The notes below the pieces were generated by a model. It saw nothing but the letters and a program-made list of their open reading frames with translations. It did no database searches and was not told the origin of the DNA. Positions 17,083 to 25,607 of a stretch of DNA of 64,000 nt are shown piece after piece. Within the stretch, counting starts at the first letter, position 1; each line of letters begins with the position of its first letter. A program made the translations under genes and the position numbers. The DNA is taken from IMG/VR virus record IMGVR_UViG_3300045988_047070; one strand, 5' to 3'. This DNA comes from a virus.

Positions 17083-17103
17083 CATAAACTAAAAACAGTA
17101 TGG

Positions 17104-17418
17104 ATGGCAAGAGTTAGTTTTTCAGGCTATGTAGCCTATGTTAGTGAGAATCTTCCTGAATCTTGGAAAAGAGTTGGGGAGAATCATGGAGTACTTAATC
17201 AGCTGATAAGTGCAGTTGCTAAGTATTGTTACGAACACCTTTTGACAGGTCGAGAGTTAGTTATGCATTTGAAAGAGAATACACTAATTGACGCTGCAGA
17301 CTTCGAAGAAGAGCCTCAAGGGATAGATTGGTGGGTAGATTTAAGTCTAGAAGCCAATATGCTAGAATCACATGGTTGTATTCCTACATTTGCAGAAGAT
17401 GATAAGAGTACCAAGTAA
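17104..17418 (+). CDS. hypothetical protein
   Basis: 104-aa ORF. Confidence 0.55.
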   Translation: MARVSFSGYVAYVSENLPESWKRVGENHGVLNQLISAVAKYCYEHLLTGRELVMHLKENTLIDAADFEEEPQGIDWWVDLSLEANMLESHGCIPTFAEDDKSTK

Positions 17419-17818
17419 AGTAAAGTATGATCTATTTAACGTATCTTCATTTACTCAGGAATTTATATGTGCCGGAGTAAGAGATAATGTTGTTGGAATG
17501 TATAACTTTCTCAAAGAGAAAGGAGTACAGGTAAAAGACAAACAAGCTGATGATCTTAGAATTAGCAGTAGAAAAAGTATTGTGTTACTTTGCACTAACT
17601 CTAACTCTAGTAACCCATTTGGAATAATCCAATTGAAGGACTGGGGTTGGTGGAACTTCTATCATAATAAGCATAATCGTAGTAGTAAACCATTGTACTA
17701 TACGTATAACTTACCATCACAATGGCATGAAATGCTTAGGGATGGCTGTATATGGAAGGAAATGGAAGTATTTGATAAACCAGAAACGTATGAGGGTAGG
17801 AAAACGTATTTATTTTGA
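17399..17818 (+). CDS. hypothetical protein (internal Met start)
   Basis: MIRVPSKVKYD... overlaps the upstream gene by 20 nt. Confidence 0.5.
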   Translation: MIRVPSKVKYDLFNVSSFTQEFICAGVRDNVVGMYNFLKEKGVQVKDKQADDLRISSRKSIVLLCTNSNSSNPFGIIQLKDWGWWNFYHNKHNRSSKPLYYTYNLPSQWHEMLRDGCIWKEMEVFDKPETYEGRKTYLF

Positions 17819-17990
17819 AAGTCCCCAAGAGAGGAAAGAGTTCTTAGCATTGCTAAGAGATGCACAAGATGTTACAGAGATAGCAACAATCATTGCTAAA
17901 ACTTACAAAAAAGATCTAATAGAGGCAATGGATATTGCTCGAGTGTATAACGAATTTATTAGGAAGGAAAATGAAAACGTTGACAACTAG
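17790..17990 (+). CDS. hypothetical protein (internal Met start)
   Basis: MRVGKRIYFESPQERKEF... Confidence 0.4.
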   Translation: MRVGKRIYFESPQERKEFLALLRDAQDVTEIATIIAKTYKKDLIEAMDIARVYNEFIRKENENVDN

Positions 17991-18396
17991 TGGAACTTAT
18001 TTAGTAACAATCAGTGGACAAGAGTACATAGCAGTAGTAATAGGAAGCGCACCTATGCTACAGGTTGCAAGAGTGTTAAACTTAACAAAGTTCATTGATA
18101 CTGGAGAGTTAGAAATCAGTACAGAAGCAAGAACTGTATTAACTGAGAAACCGTGCGAATTTAACTTCAGACAGATCGACTTGAACATCATCAGTCCGAT
18201 GCAGGAAGTAGTACAGATACCGAAGTTACCCTACACACCTAAACAGTACAAAAAATGGTTATCATTATGTGGTGATTTAGATCGTGAAAAGTTACTTACA
18301 GATATCATGCTAACAAACCCTAGCATCAGTTACGGTGAAGCTCAAACAATCATTGATCAGTTATGGAGAGACAAAAGGAACATAGTCTCACAGTAA
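17971..18396 (+). CDS. hypothetical protein (internal Met start)
   Basis: MKTLTTSG... preceded by AGGAAGGAAA. Confidence 0.5.
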   Translation: MKTLTTSGTYLVTISGQEYIAVVIGSAPMLQVARVLNLTKFIDTGELEISTEARTVLTEKPCEFNFRQIDLNIISPMQEVVQIPKLPYTPKQYKKWLSLCGDLDREKLLTDIMLTNPSISYGEAQTIIDQLWRDKRNIVSQ

Positions 18397-18839
18397 ATTA
18401 TACAGATCTGTGTGATTATCTAAACGACCGTCTAGTCTTACCCTATCTACCTAAAGTAGGAGAAGACTGGAATTTATTTGGTCCAGTCATATCACAGACA
18501 TATGGACCAGACGGAGTATTCCCTAAGCAATATAATGATAAAGAATTACTAAAATGGATACAACACAGAATCCAAGTAAGGACATTATTATTATTTGTAC
18601 AAAGGAAACTCTTTACACACCTTGCCATGTTACACAATACAAGGGCAACGGATGCAGTTCAGATGCGTATTTTCGTATCTATGCTGAACAAGTTAGGACT
18701 ACCTAGAATTTATGCTGATGAAATATTTGATAATGTACATCTGCAGTATGACATTAGGAAACCTGTTTTCGAAGATTATTATCTTATGAAAATATTAGGT
18801 TTACCTTTTTGTTTTGAATCTAGGCCTTGTCCTTTTTAA
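18363..18839 (+). CDS. hypothetical protein
   Basis: 158-aa ORF. Confidence 0.5.
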   Translation: MERQKEHSLTVNYTDLCDYLNDRLVLPYLPKVGEDWNLFGPVISQTYGPDGVFPKQYNDKELLKWIQHRIQVRTLLLFVQRKLFTHLAMLHNTRATDAVQMRIFVSMLNKLGLPRIYADEIFDNVHLQYDIRKPVFEDYYLMKILGLPFCFESRPCPF

Positions 18840-18842
18840 GGT

Positions 18843-18876
18843 GTTAGGGGTTCGACTCCCCTAACATTCACTAAAC
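18843..18876 (+). repeat. T-arm-like hairpin plus an ATTCACTAAA tail
   Basis: GTTAGGGG-TTCGACT-CCCCTAAC followed by ATTCACTAAAC, 15 nt upstream of the sigma gene. Confidence 0.5.
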
Positions 18877-18890
18877 AAGTTAGTTTGATT

Positions 18891-19454
18891 ATGAAGAGAG
18901 AAGATGAAGACCTTCTTATTCAGCAAGCTAAGCTTGGTAAGCAAGATGCTTTTACAGAGCTTTATGATCGGCATCATAAGCTTATTCGATACATTATCTA
19001 TGATATTGTAAAGAATGAAGATGTAGCAGATGACTTATTATCTGTTACCTTCACAAAAGCATTTAGTAGATTAGAATCTTATGTAAACCCTATTTCATTT
19101 GAAATGTGGTTAAAAACTATAGCAATTAACACTGCAATAGATTATATAAGATCTTCTAAGAATGAGAAACAGAATCATTATATAGATTCTGAGGACAATT
19201 ACATTCAGTTAGATAGTAACGATCTCAGTCCTGAGGAAGTTATTATGAAACAGGAAACTGTTGAACAACTGAAAGTAGCTCTACATAAATTAAGATCTAA
19301 ATATCGTAACATATTAGAATTACGATATTTCAAAGGCTTAAGTTATGAAGAACTTGCAACTGAGCTTGGCGTGCCAATAGGAACTGTAAAAAGTGACTTA
19401 AACAAAGCTAAGAAGAGATTGCGAGAATTCTTTGACAACATTAACAATAACTAA
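18891..19454 (+). CDS. ECF-type sigma-70 family RNA polymerase sigma factor
   Basis: Region 2 (FTELYDRHHKLIRYIIYDIV...ADDLLSVTFTKAF) and region 4 HTH (LELRYFKGLSYEELATELGVPIGTVKSDLNKAKKRL). Confidence 0.85.
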   Translation: MKREDEDLLIQQAKLGKQDAFTELYDRHHKLIRYIIYDIVKNEDVADDLLSVTFTKAFSRLESYVNPISFEMWLKTIAINTAIDYIRSSKNEKQNHYIDSEDNYIQLDSNDLSPEEVIMKQETVEQLKVALHKLRSKYRNILELRYFKGLSYEELATELGVPIGTVKSDLNKAKKRLREFFDNINNN

Positions 19455-19470
19455 CAAATACTTACACATC

Positions 19471-19854
19471 ATGACAGAAGTTGCAATCATCGCAATTATA
19501 GTCATCTTAGCTGCAATCGTTATAGGGAAGGCCAACCATAGTAACGATTTAGTTTGGAGACTATTGTTCTGTTTTAGTGTTAGCGTATGTGTGTCTATAG
19601 GTTTCCTTTACATCTTTAGCAGCAAGCCAAAAGCAAAAGCAGCTAATGTTGAGGTAATTCGTAAGGCAGGAGATTCTACTGACGCCCATGTAGTATGCTT
19701 CAACCAGATAGCAATGGCTGAAGTTACCGAACAGGATATTACAGGTCAGGAGTCATTATTATCAGAATGCCTTACATGGGCACCAGTGATGAACGTGTTA
19801 CCATTGAATAGTTTAAACTATATAATGGAACACATTATCTTTGATGACTCATAG
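19471..19854 (+). CDS. two-TM membrane protein, candidate anti-sigma factor
   Basis: MTEVAIIAIIVILAAIVIG and LLFCFSVSVCVSIGFLYIF. Lies immediately downstream of the sigma gene. Function inferred from position only. Confidence 0.4.
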   Translation: MTEVAIIAIIVILAAIVIGKANHSNDLVWRLLFCFSVSVCVSIGFLYIFSSKPKAKAANVEVIRKAGDSTDAHVVCFNQIAMAEVTEQDITGQESLLSECLTWAPVMNVLPLNSLNYIMEHIIFDDS

Positions 19855-19951
19855 ATAGCGATAACACTAACAAAAACAGACAAACGAGAGAATTAGGTAC
19901 GTTCGTACCAAGTAATTAACATTTAAACACAATCTTTAAAACATTATCAAA

Positions 19952-21418
19952 ATGGCAAAGAATAAAGCAAAGAAAGGAGCTACTGCTCCGAAAGTAGAGA
20001 CAAAGGCAGCTGAGGAAGTAAAAGTACAAGCTGCTGTAGAAACTAAAGTAGAGGATAAGGCACCGAAGAAGCCTGCACCTCAACCTGATGTACAGCCGAA
20101 AGCTGACACAAAGGAACAAAAGAAACCTGATCCGACACCTGCTGCTGCACCTGCAGAAGGAGCAACAGGCGATCAACCAGCTGTAGTTCAACCAGAAGAG
20201 GTTAATAACGCAGCTATGCCTACGCAAGCAGAGATGTCGGCCGAGGTATTCAAAAATGCAGAATTACAGTCTATTCTCGGTAGTATTTCTCTTACTCCGG
20301 AAAGTACTATGGACGCTAACCACATGGTGTTGTTAACTCACGTAGCTACTGAACGGTTCAAAGGGAAAGATCCGAAGAATCCTGTAGTAATAGCAGCTAA
20401 CGAGATGGTTGATGACCTTACTTGTTACTGTATTGCTGTAGCTGGTATTAACATGGCAATTAACGGCAAGAAACTAGGTATGTCCGTACCTGTTAACGCC
20501 TTAGGAGCTTATGTACGAGCTATGGGATACTTTGGCATTGCATTACCGGCAGAGAAGGCTGTTCCGGATCCTAACAAGCCTGATCAGCTCCTAATTCCGT
20601 TTGAAGGAGCATCTCCTGAGACTGTTGAGACAGTTAAAGAAGAGATCAAGATGCAAAGAGGCACTAAGCCTACCATGGATCCAGCTTTGTGGAAGAGCGA
20701 TGAGGACGCTAAGAAAGCGCTTCTCTATATCCTGAGTGACACATTGTCTAAGGATAATCGTTTCTTAGTATCTACCTCTAAGTTACGTATGTACAAGATG
20801 CTGTCTGCAGAGAACAAGGAAGAGAAGGCTATGTGGGAATCAGCATCCAATGCAACCATATTTGACAATCTTTTGTCAATTCTTGGTACAGCTAAGTCTA
20901 CGTTCTTGAATGCAATTGGAGGACAAATTTATTCGTCCGCCGCTACACAGAAGAATCCGATTAAGAGTCATTTAACTCTTAAGCGTAACTTCCCGCAGTT
21001 ATCTGACGAAGATGCAGCTGAGATCATTAAGATCATAGTAAAGCACAAAGCAGCACAGAATAATCCTAATGAGCCGCTAGAGAATAACATCGCTTGGAAC
21101 GGCTTGAAAGACGGTAAACGTGAAGACTGCTTACTGTATCCTACTAAGACAACGGATGTAGACAAGGAGATTATGGGACGTCTCCAGAATGTCTATGCAG
21201 AACGTTTAGGTAGTCCAGCAGAAGCTGGTTATAACCTCCGTGCCACTAACTTAATTGTTACTATCATGAACTTGTATAAGACTTCTGGACAAATTGCGCA
21301 ACTTGTCGAGCAGAATTATACGGCTGAGGTAAACAAGGCATTAGAGGCAACGTCTGGTAAAACTGCTCCGCAAGAGGAGAAAAAAGACGAGAAGGAGGCA
21401 GAGAAACCGAAAAAATAA
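19952..21418 (+). CDS. hypothetical protein with a ~90-aa disordered K/A/P/E-rich N-terminus
   Basis: 488-aa ORF with GC-richer codon usage than the polymerase or structural genes. Confidence 0.7.
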   Translation: MAKNKAKKGATAPKVETKAAEEVKVQAAVETKVEDKAPKKPAPQPDVQPKADTKEQKKPDPTPAAAPAEGATGDQPAVVQPEEVNNAAMPTQAEMSAEVFKNAELQSILGSISLTPESTMDANHMVLLTHVATERFKGKDPKNPVVIAANEMVDDLTCYCIAVAGINMAINGKKLGMSVPVNALGAYVRAMGYFGIALPAEKAVPDPNKPDQLLIPFEGASPETVETVKEEIKMQRGTKPTMDPALWKSDEDAKKALLYILSDTLSKDNRFLVSTSKLRMYKMLSAENKEEKAMWESASNATIFDNLLSILGTAKSTFLNAIGGQIYSSAATQKNPIKSHLTLKRNFPQLSDEDAAEIIKIIVKHKAAQNNPNEPLENNIAWNGLKDGKREDCLLYPTKTTDVDKEIMGRLQNVYAERLGSPAEAGYNLRATNLIVTIMNLYKTSGQIAQLVEQNYTAEVNKALEATSGKTAPQEEKKDEKEAEKPKK

Positions 21419-21424
21419 TCAATC

Positions 21425-21814
21425 ATGAATCGGTTAACTGATTTCCTTTGGTGTGCATTATTTTCGTTTATAGCGATTATAACTGTCATCAAATTGAGCC
21501 CAAATGAGGCTAAAGCAGAGCAAAAAATGCCCGAGCTTACAATTCCAAAATTCAATCCTGTAGGTCAGTTTGACCTACAGATTGATTTAAACAAGGGAAC
21601 CGCAAACGTCACAAGCAGTAACGGAATAGGTAAAGCCAACGTAACAGTAAATCATCCTACGGAGGTAATTGAGGTTCCAAGTAAACCAATTATTAAAAAG
21701 GAGGTAAAGTATGAAACAAAAACTGAATATTTGGAGAAAGTAGTACTATTTTCTTTACCAGTACCTACATTTCACGTACCAAGTGTTCAGATTCCTAAAA
21801 GCGTAGAGAGATGA
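21425..21814 (+). CDS. secreted or membrane-anchored hypothetical protein
   Basis: N-terminal hydrophobic segment FLWCALFSFIAIITVI. Confidence 0.55.
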   Translation: MNRLTDFLWCALFSFIAIITVIKLSPNEAKAEQKMPELTIPKFNPVGQFDLQIDLNKGTANVTSSNGIGKANVTVNHPTEVIEVPSKPIIKKEVKYETKTEYLEKVVLFSLPVPTFHVPSVQIPKSVER

Positions 21815-21906
21815 AAGCAAAAAATAGTACATTGGATAAATTAGCATTTGTAGGCTTAATTATCTTCTTTATAATGTGTTTATTCTTTGCATGGTGTATA
21901 ACATAA
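21811..21906 (+). CDS. 31-aa single-TM peptide (ATGA overlap)
   Basis: Hand translation: MKAKNSTLDKLAFVGLIIFFIMCLFFAWCIT. Confidence 0.35.
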   Translation: MKAKNSTLDKLAFVGLIIFFIMCLFFAWCIT

Positions 21907-24271
21907 CAGTTAAAGATAAAAGCTGTCGGGTCAAACGACTCCTTACCCGTGGTAAGATGAAGGAGAGTGGTATTGTAGCTGCACACTTAAAAAGCAATAA
22001 GGCAGCGTATGTTTTATTTCGATAAGTCTGATCAACTTATGATATTACGTAGACAAAGAATACAGGATGCCGTAGGGATAGTATATATTCTCCAATATAT
22101 ACATCGAGCCAAGAGCATGATAACCTATTATGAAGTTTATTCTTTTACTTCTGAAAAGTTAATAGGAAAATGGGTCAGTGTGCAAAGCCCATAAATCTTG
22201 AGAACCGGTTGGTGAAGATTAAAAGACACGATCTAGCGCAGCAGCGACGAAGACAAACATTGCAAGGGGTTACTACATAGTAAAGAGATCCTTAAGTAAG
22301 ATCAAATGAATCCCCTTAAGAATCCGTAGGCACTATCAAGTGCGGTTTCAAGTAAGGACGAAATGTAGTTTAAAGGCAAACAAGTTCCATCTGTTTGACC
22401 TAACTTTAATAGACCGAATAGCGTCCATGACGGGTCCAAACCGTCATTAAACAAATAGCTACCTTTAGTGTTCCACTCTACAGTTGTTACTATTTTTGTA
22501 GTATAGTAATAAGGATCTAGACAACATAACATTTGGCTTAGTTATGGATGAGTGTATGAAGAAAGGGTATTTAAAATCAAGAAACTGGTAGGATATACTA
22601 AAAGCTGAGTGGCTATGGCCCATATATAATAATAGAAGAGGTAACGGACTTCTATAATTACTTATGACAGGTTATCCGGAGCAGATGCCAAGTCTGTGCT
22701 TGCAAGAGCTTATAAAGATGTTCACTAGCGTAGAAAACTAGTTAAAATAGTCTTTATAAGGGGGTACTTCAGGTGCTGGGTATTAACTACGTAGGAGTGA
22801 TACTACGTCTTTTAAGATACGCTCTAAAGGATCAGGACAGGTACGATTTTAAATAAAACTGACCGAGTTTTATGTTCAATACTAAAATCAGTATAGAGTT
22901 ATGTCAGTATAAGTCATGGAAACGAACATACGCAGGAGAATAGTGGCGAAAAGACTACCTCAACCCCTAGAGACACCGTGGCGAAGTGTATAGGGTTCGT
23001 ATAAAAAGAGAAACTCACCGCTCTGGTAAACTAAAGGTGTGAGTAAGTTTAGTTTAAGCTTTCTTTAATAGATATAACGAAAGTAGGGCTTTTTATAGTC
23101 AAGGAGCTAAATTCAAGACTAATAAAATAGTGTAATAGTAAGGGAGTATTAATAGTGCGGCTTACAATATCCTTTTGTAAGTATAAATGAACCACTTATA
23201 GTATTTATTTACTCTGGGAAGGAATTCCTATCACTGGCTCGAGAGTTAACGAGACTCTTAAACAAAAGCGGAATTAACATGTCTAACTAACGTAGGTTCA
23301 ACAACCGAATAACAAATTTGTGGATGTCCTCGCTAGGGAAACTGAATGCGACCACAACTTGGCGAATGCGATTGCTTAGTAGTATCAGGGTATAATACGC
23401 AATATTATATGTTCGAGAGAAAGCGTCTCATTGAAGCTTGTAAATCTTTAAGAGTGAACGAAAGTGAACTATTACTTATAGACCTATTTATAAGCGAGAG
23501 TAAATGAGAAGAGGTGAAAGTCCTCGATCTTCATCCAAGTAAAATAAACAAAATCCTAGTCAAGGTTACGTTGGTAGCTCTGTACTTAGTAATAAGTATA
23601 TCTAGCGTAAGAGGTAGGCGTTAGTGAATAACTATATGAGACCTATAAGTTATTACAAATAACAAAGACAAAGATGGCAATTCCTTTGATCGCCTTGCAG
23701 TTTTAGCAACGTTCTGTAAAAACGACCGGACATAACTACTTGCCCGATAAGACAGTTTTAATCATTAGTAAAGTTTATATGAATCTAGATAGGTCAATCT
23801 ATACTAGTTCTATCCCTAGGATATAGTCTTGCTAACTTATTTACTTTACTATTTTTATCTGAGTAACCAGAAAAAACGTGTTGATTATTACGGATCTTCT
23901 GTAATAGAGATTACAGAATATAGTACAGCTTGGAATCAGAACCTAGAATACTCATCGATGAGTTTCATTAGCTCTGGTCACAATGCAGTATGCGGTTCCA
24001 AAGTAAGATATGACTTAGTAAACTTATAAACCTGTCTCGTTTATAAGGAGTATACCGCAATAGCGAATTATCAAGAACGGAATTATTTTGCTTATCATAT
24101 AAATTAAAGTAAAAACATATTTGCATCTTTCCTTGCATAACTTGAATGTTACACGACCGTGGTTTTTAACCTATCTGATATAAGATGATGATAAATCGTG
24201 ACGAAACGCATAGGGAAAGATGTGAGAAAATTTTCATTAATTATTAACTTATCAAAAGGAGGAATTTAAAA
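21907..24271. other. 2.3-kb region with no credible ORF; candidate large structured RNA locus
   Basis: Stops are dense in all six frames. Only 61-76-aa ORFs are tracked. GC is visibly above the flanks, and many local hairpins are present. Confidence 0.5.
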
Positions 24272-24826
24272 ATGGCAAATGTAAATTATAATTTAGTAGT
24301 AGCATCTCAATTAGGTGCATTGTTAGGTATGAACTTGATCCGGATTAAGCGGACTAATGTGGATGCAGATTATTCGAACAAAGAGCGGGAAGGCAAGCAA
24401 CGGCTTGCAAATCCTATCTGGTTACATGGCGTAGAACGCATTCGCATCCGACAAGCAGAACTTGTTGATGTAGGTGACGGTAAAATGGTAGTCCAATTTA
24501 ACCGTGATCCTAAGCTTCAGCTTGATTTAGCAGGAGCTAAAGACATTAGTGATATTATTAAGAAACCGACAGTTCAGGAAGTAGTCTCTGCAATCGCAAG
24601 CGAGTCTACCGGTTTGCCTCAGTTCTTTACTGATGACAAAACTGCAACTGAGTTAACGATTTCATTCAATGAGCGGTCACGGAAGGAGATTAGCTCTATG
24701 ATGGAAACGTTGTCTCGCCAGGCACAAGCATTAGCTGATGCCAATCGTGCTATGGAAGATTCATGCAGATTGAACATGGCCCAATATGGTCAGTCTGTAA
24801 ACTTTCAAAGCGTTAATATTGATTGA
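24272..24826 (+). CDS. hypothetical protein
   Basis: 184 aa with a strong AAGGAGG site upstream and GC-rich codons. Confidence 0.65.
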   Translation: MANVNYNLVVASQLGALLGMNLIRIKRTNVDADYSNKEREGKQRLANPIWLHGVERIRIRQAELVDVGDGKMVVQFNRDPKLQLDLAGAKDISDIIKKPTVQEVVSAIASESTGLPQFFTDDKTATELTISFNERSRKEISSMMETLSRQAQALADANRAMEDSCRLNMAQYGQSVNFQSVNID

Positions 24827-24828
24827 AG

Positions 24829-25341
24829 ATGGAAAATCTCAGCAGATCCTCTAGATTAAATCTAGAACGAATCCTAGCTGATGAAGATATATTCAATTCC
24901 TTTTTGTTTAATGACAAAAAGCCCGGAACTAGAAGTCTAAAAGACGATGGTTCCTTTGTCATTGGTGCGACTTGCTTTGAATGGTGGAATCACTTCATAG
25001 GTTGTGAAAAGAAGTTAAGTTTCCACGATTTAGTAGTGCATCTGATAAACTTCATGGCTGGAAACGGCAAAAATAGAAATGATTTTGCATTAGACGGCTT
25101 ATATCAGGATTTCGTTAACTTTACACTTAAGCAGGATGATAAGAATCGGATGGTAGATATTCTTCTCACAGCTTACTTGTATGGTTATAAAGAGATCCAA
25201 AAGGAGGGGAAGGTTCCTTCTGAACAAACGATATTAGCAGCTGTTACTAAACAAGTGCGAAATCCCGATGGTGTAGCTGTACTTACAGCTAATGGTCCAG
25301 TCTTTTTAGGTAAAGACTTAAAATTCTACGAAATTGAGTAA
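24829..25341 (+). CDS. hypothetical protein
   Basis: ~170 aa. The ATG follows 3 nt after the upstream stop. Confidence 0.6.
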   Translation: MENLSRSSRLNLERILADEDIFNSFLFNDKKPGTRSLKDDGSFVIGATCFEWWNHFIGCEKKLSFHDLVVHLINFMAGNGKNRNDFALDGLYQDFVNFTLKQDDKNRMVDILLTAYLYGYKEIQKEGKVPSEQTILAAVTKQVRNPDGVAVLTANGPVFLGKDLKFYEIE

Positions 25342-25607
25342 GATATTATACGTTGCTTTGAATTAGGAAGGTGTAATAGTGATAGTAAATATACTTATTC
25401 TTTTAAAAAAACAAAATGTAAAGACTCAGGAAGGTTAGAGTCTTTAATGGTCACGATGTGGTGTCTATAACAAGATACTAAGTTACGGAAAGCTCTGAGA
25501 ATAAGAAAGAGATGTTACATCGATGTAAACGTGACCACTCGTTTCTACATATTGGACGCATTATCAAAATGTTCTCCCGTATAAATTATTAACTAAAAAA
25601 TTTATAT

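Noticed and set aside
17104-18839. A chain of five overlapping ORFs in shifting frames, which could be one gene broken by frameshifts (a pseudogene or programmed frameshifting)
   Set aside because: Each downstream ORF has an internal ATG that reduces the overlap to 20-34 nt, one of them with an AGGAAGGAAA site. No slippery heptamer was seen, and the pieces show no continuity of any recognisable domain.
19916-20227. 103-aa Cys/Leu/Arg-rich minus-strand ORF
   Set aside because: It is antisense to the low-complexity K/A/P/E-rich 5' part of the 488-aa gene, so it is a mirror-image artefact of repetitive codons.
23509-23530. GAGGTGAAAGTCCTC resembling the RNase P RNA GAGGAAAGUCC (P4) motif, together with GGTAAACT at about 23027
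   Set aside because: The first is simply a 4-bp hairpin with a 7-nt loop, and it carries a 2-nt insertion relative to the motif. None of the other universally conserved RNase P segments could be located in the right order.
24626-24660. CTGATGA hammerhead-core-like heptamer
   Set aside because: It lies inside a well-supported ORF. No stem II hairpin followed by GAAA, and no cleavage-site helix, follows it.
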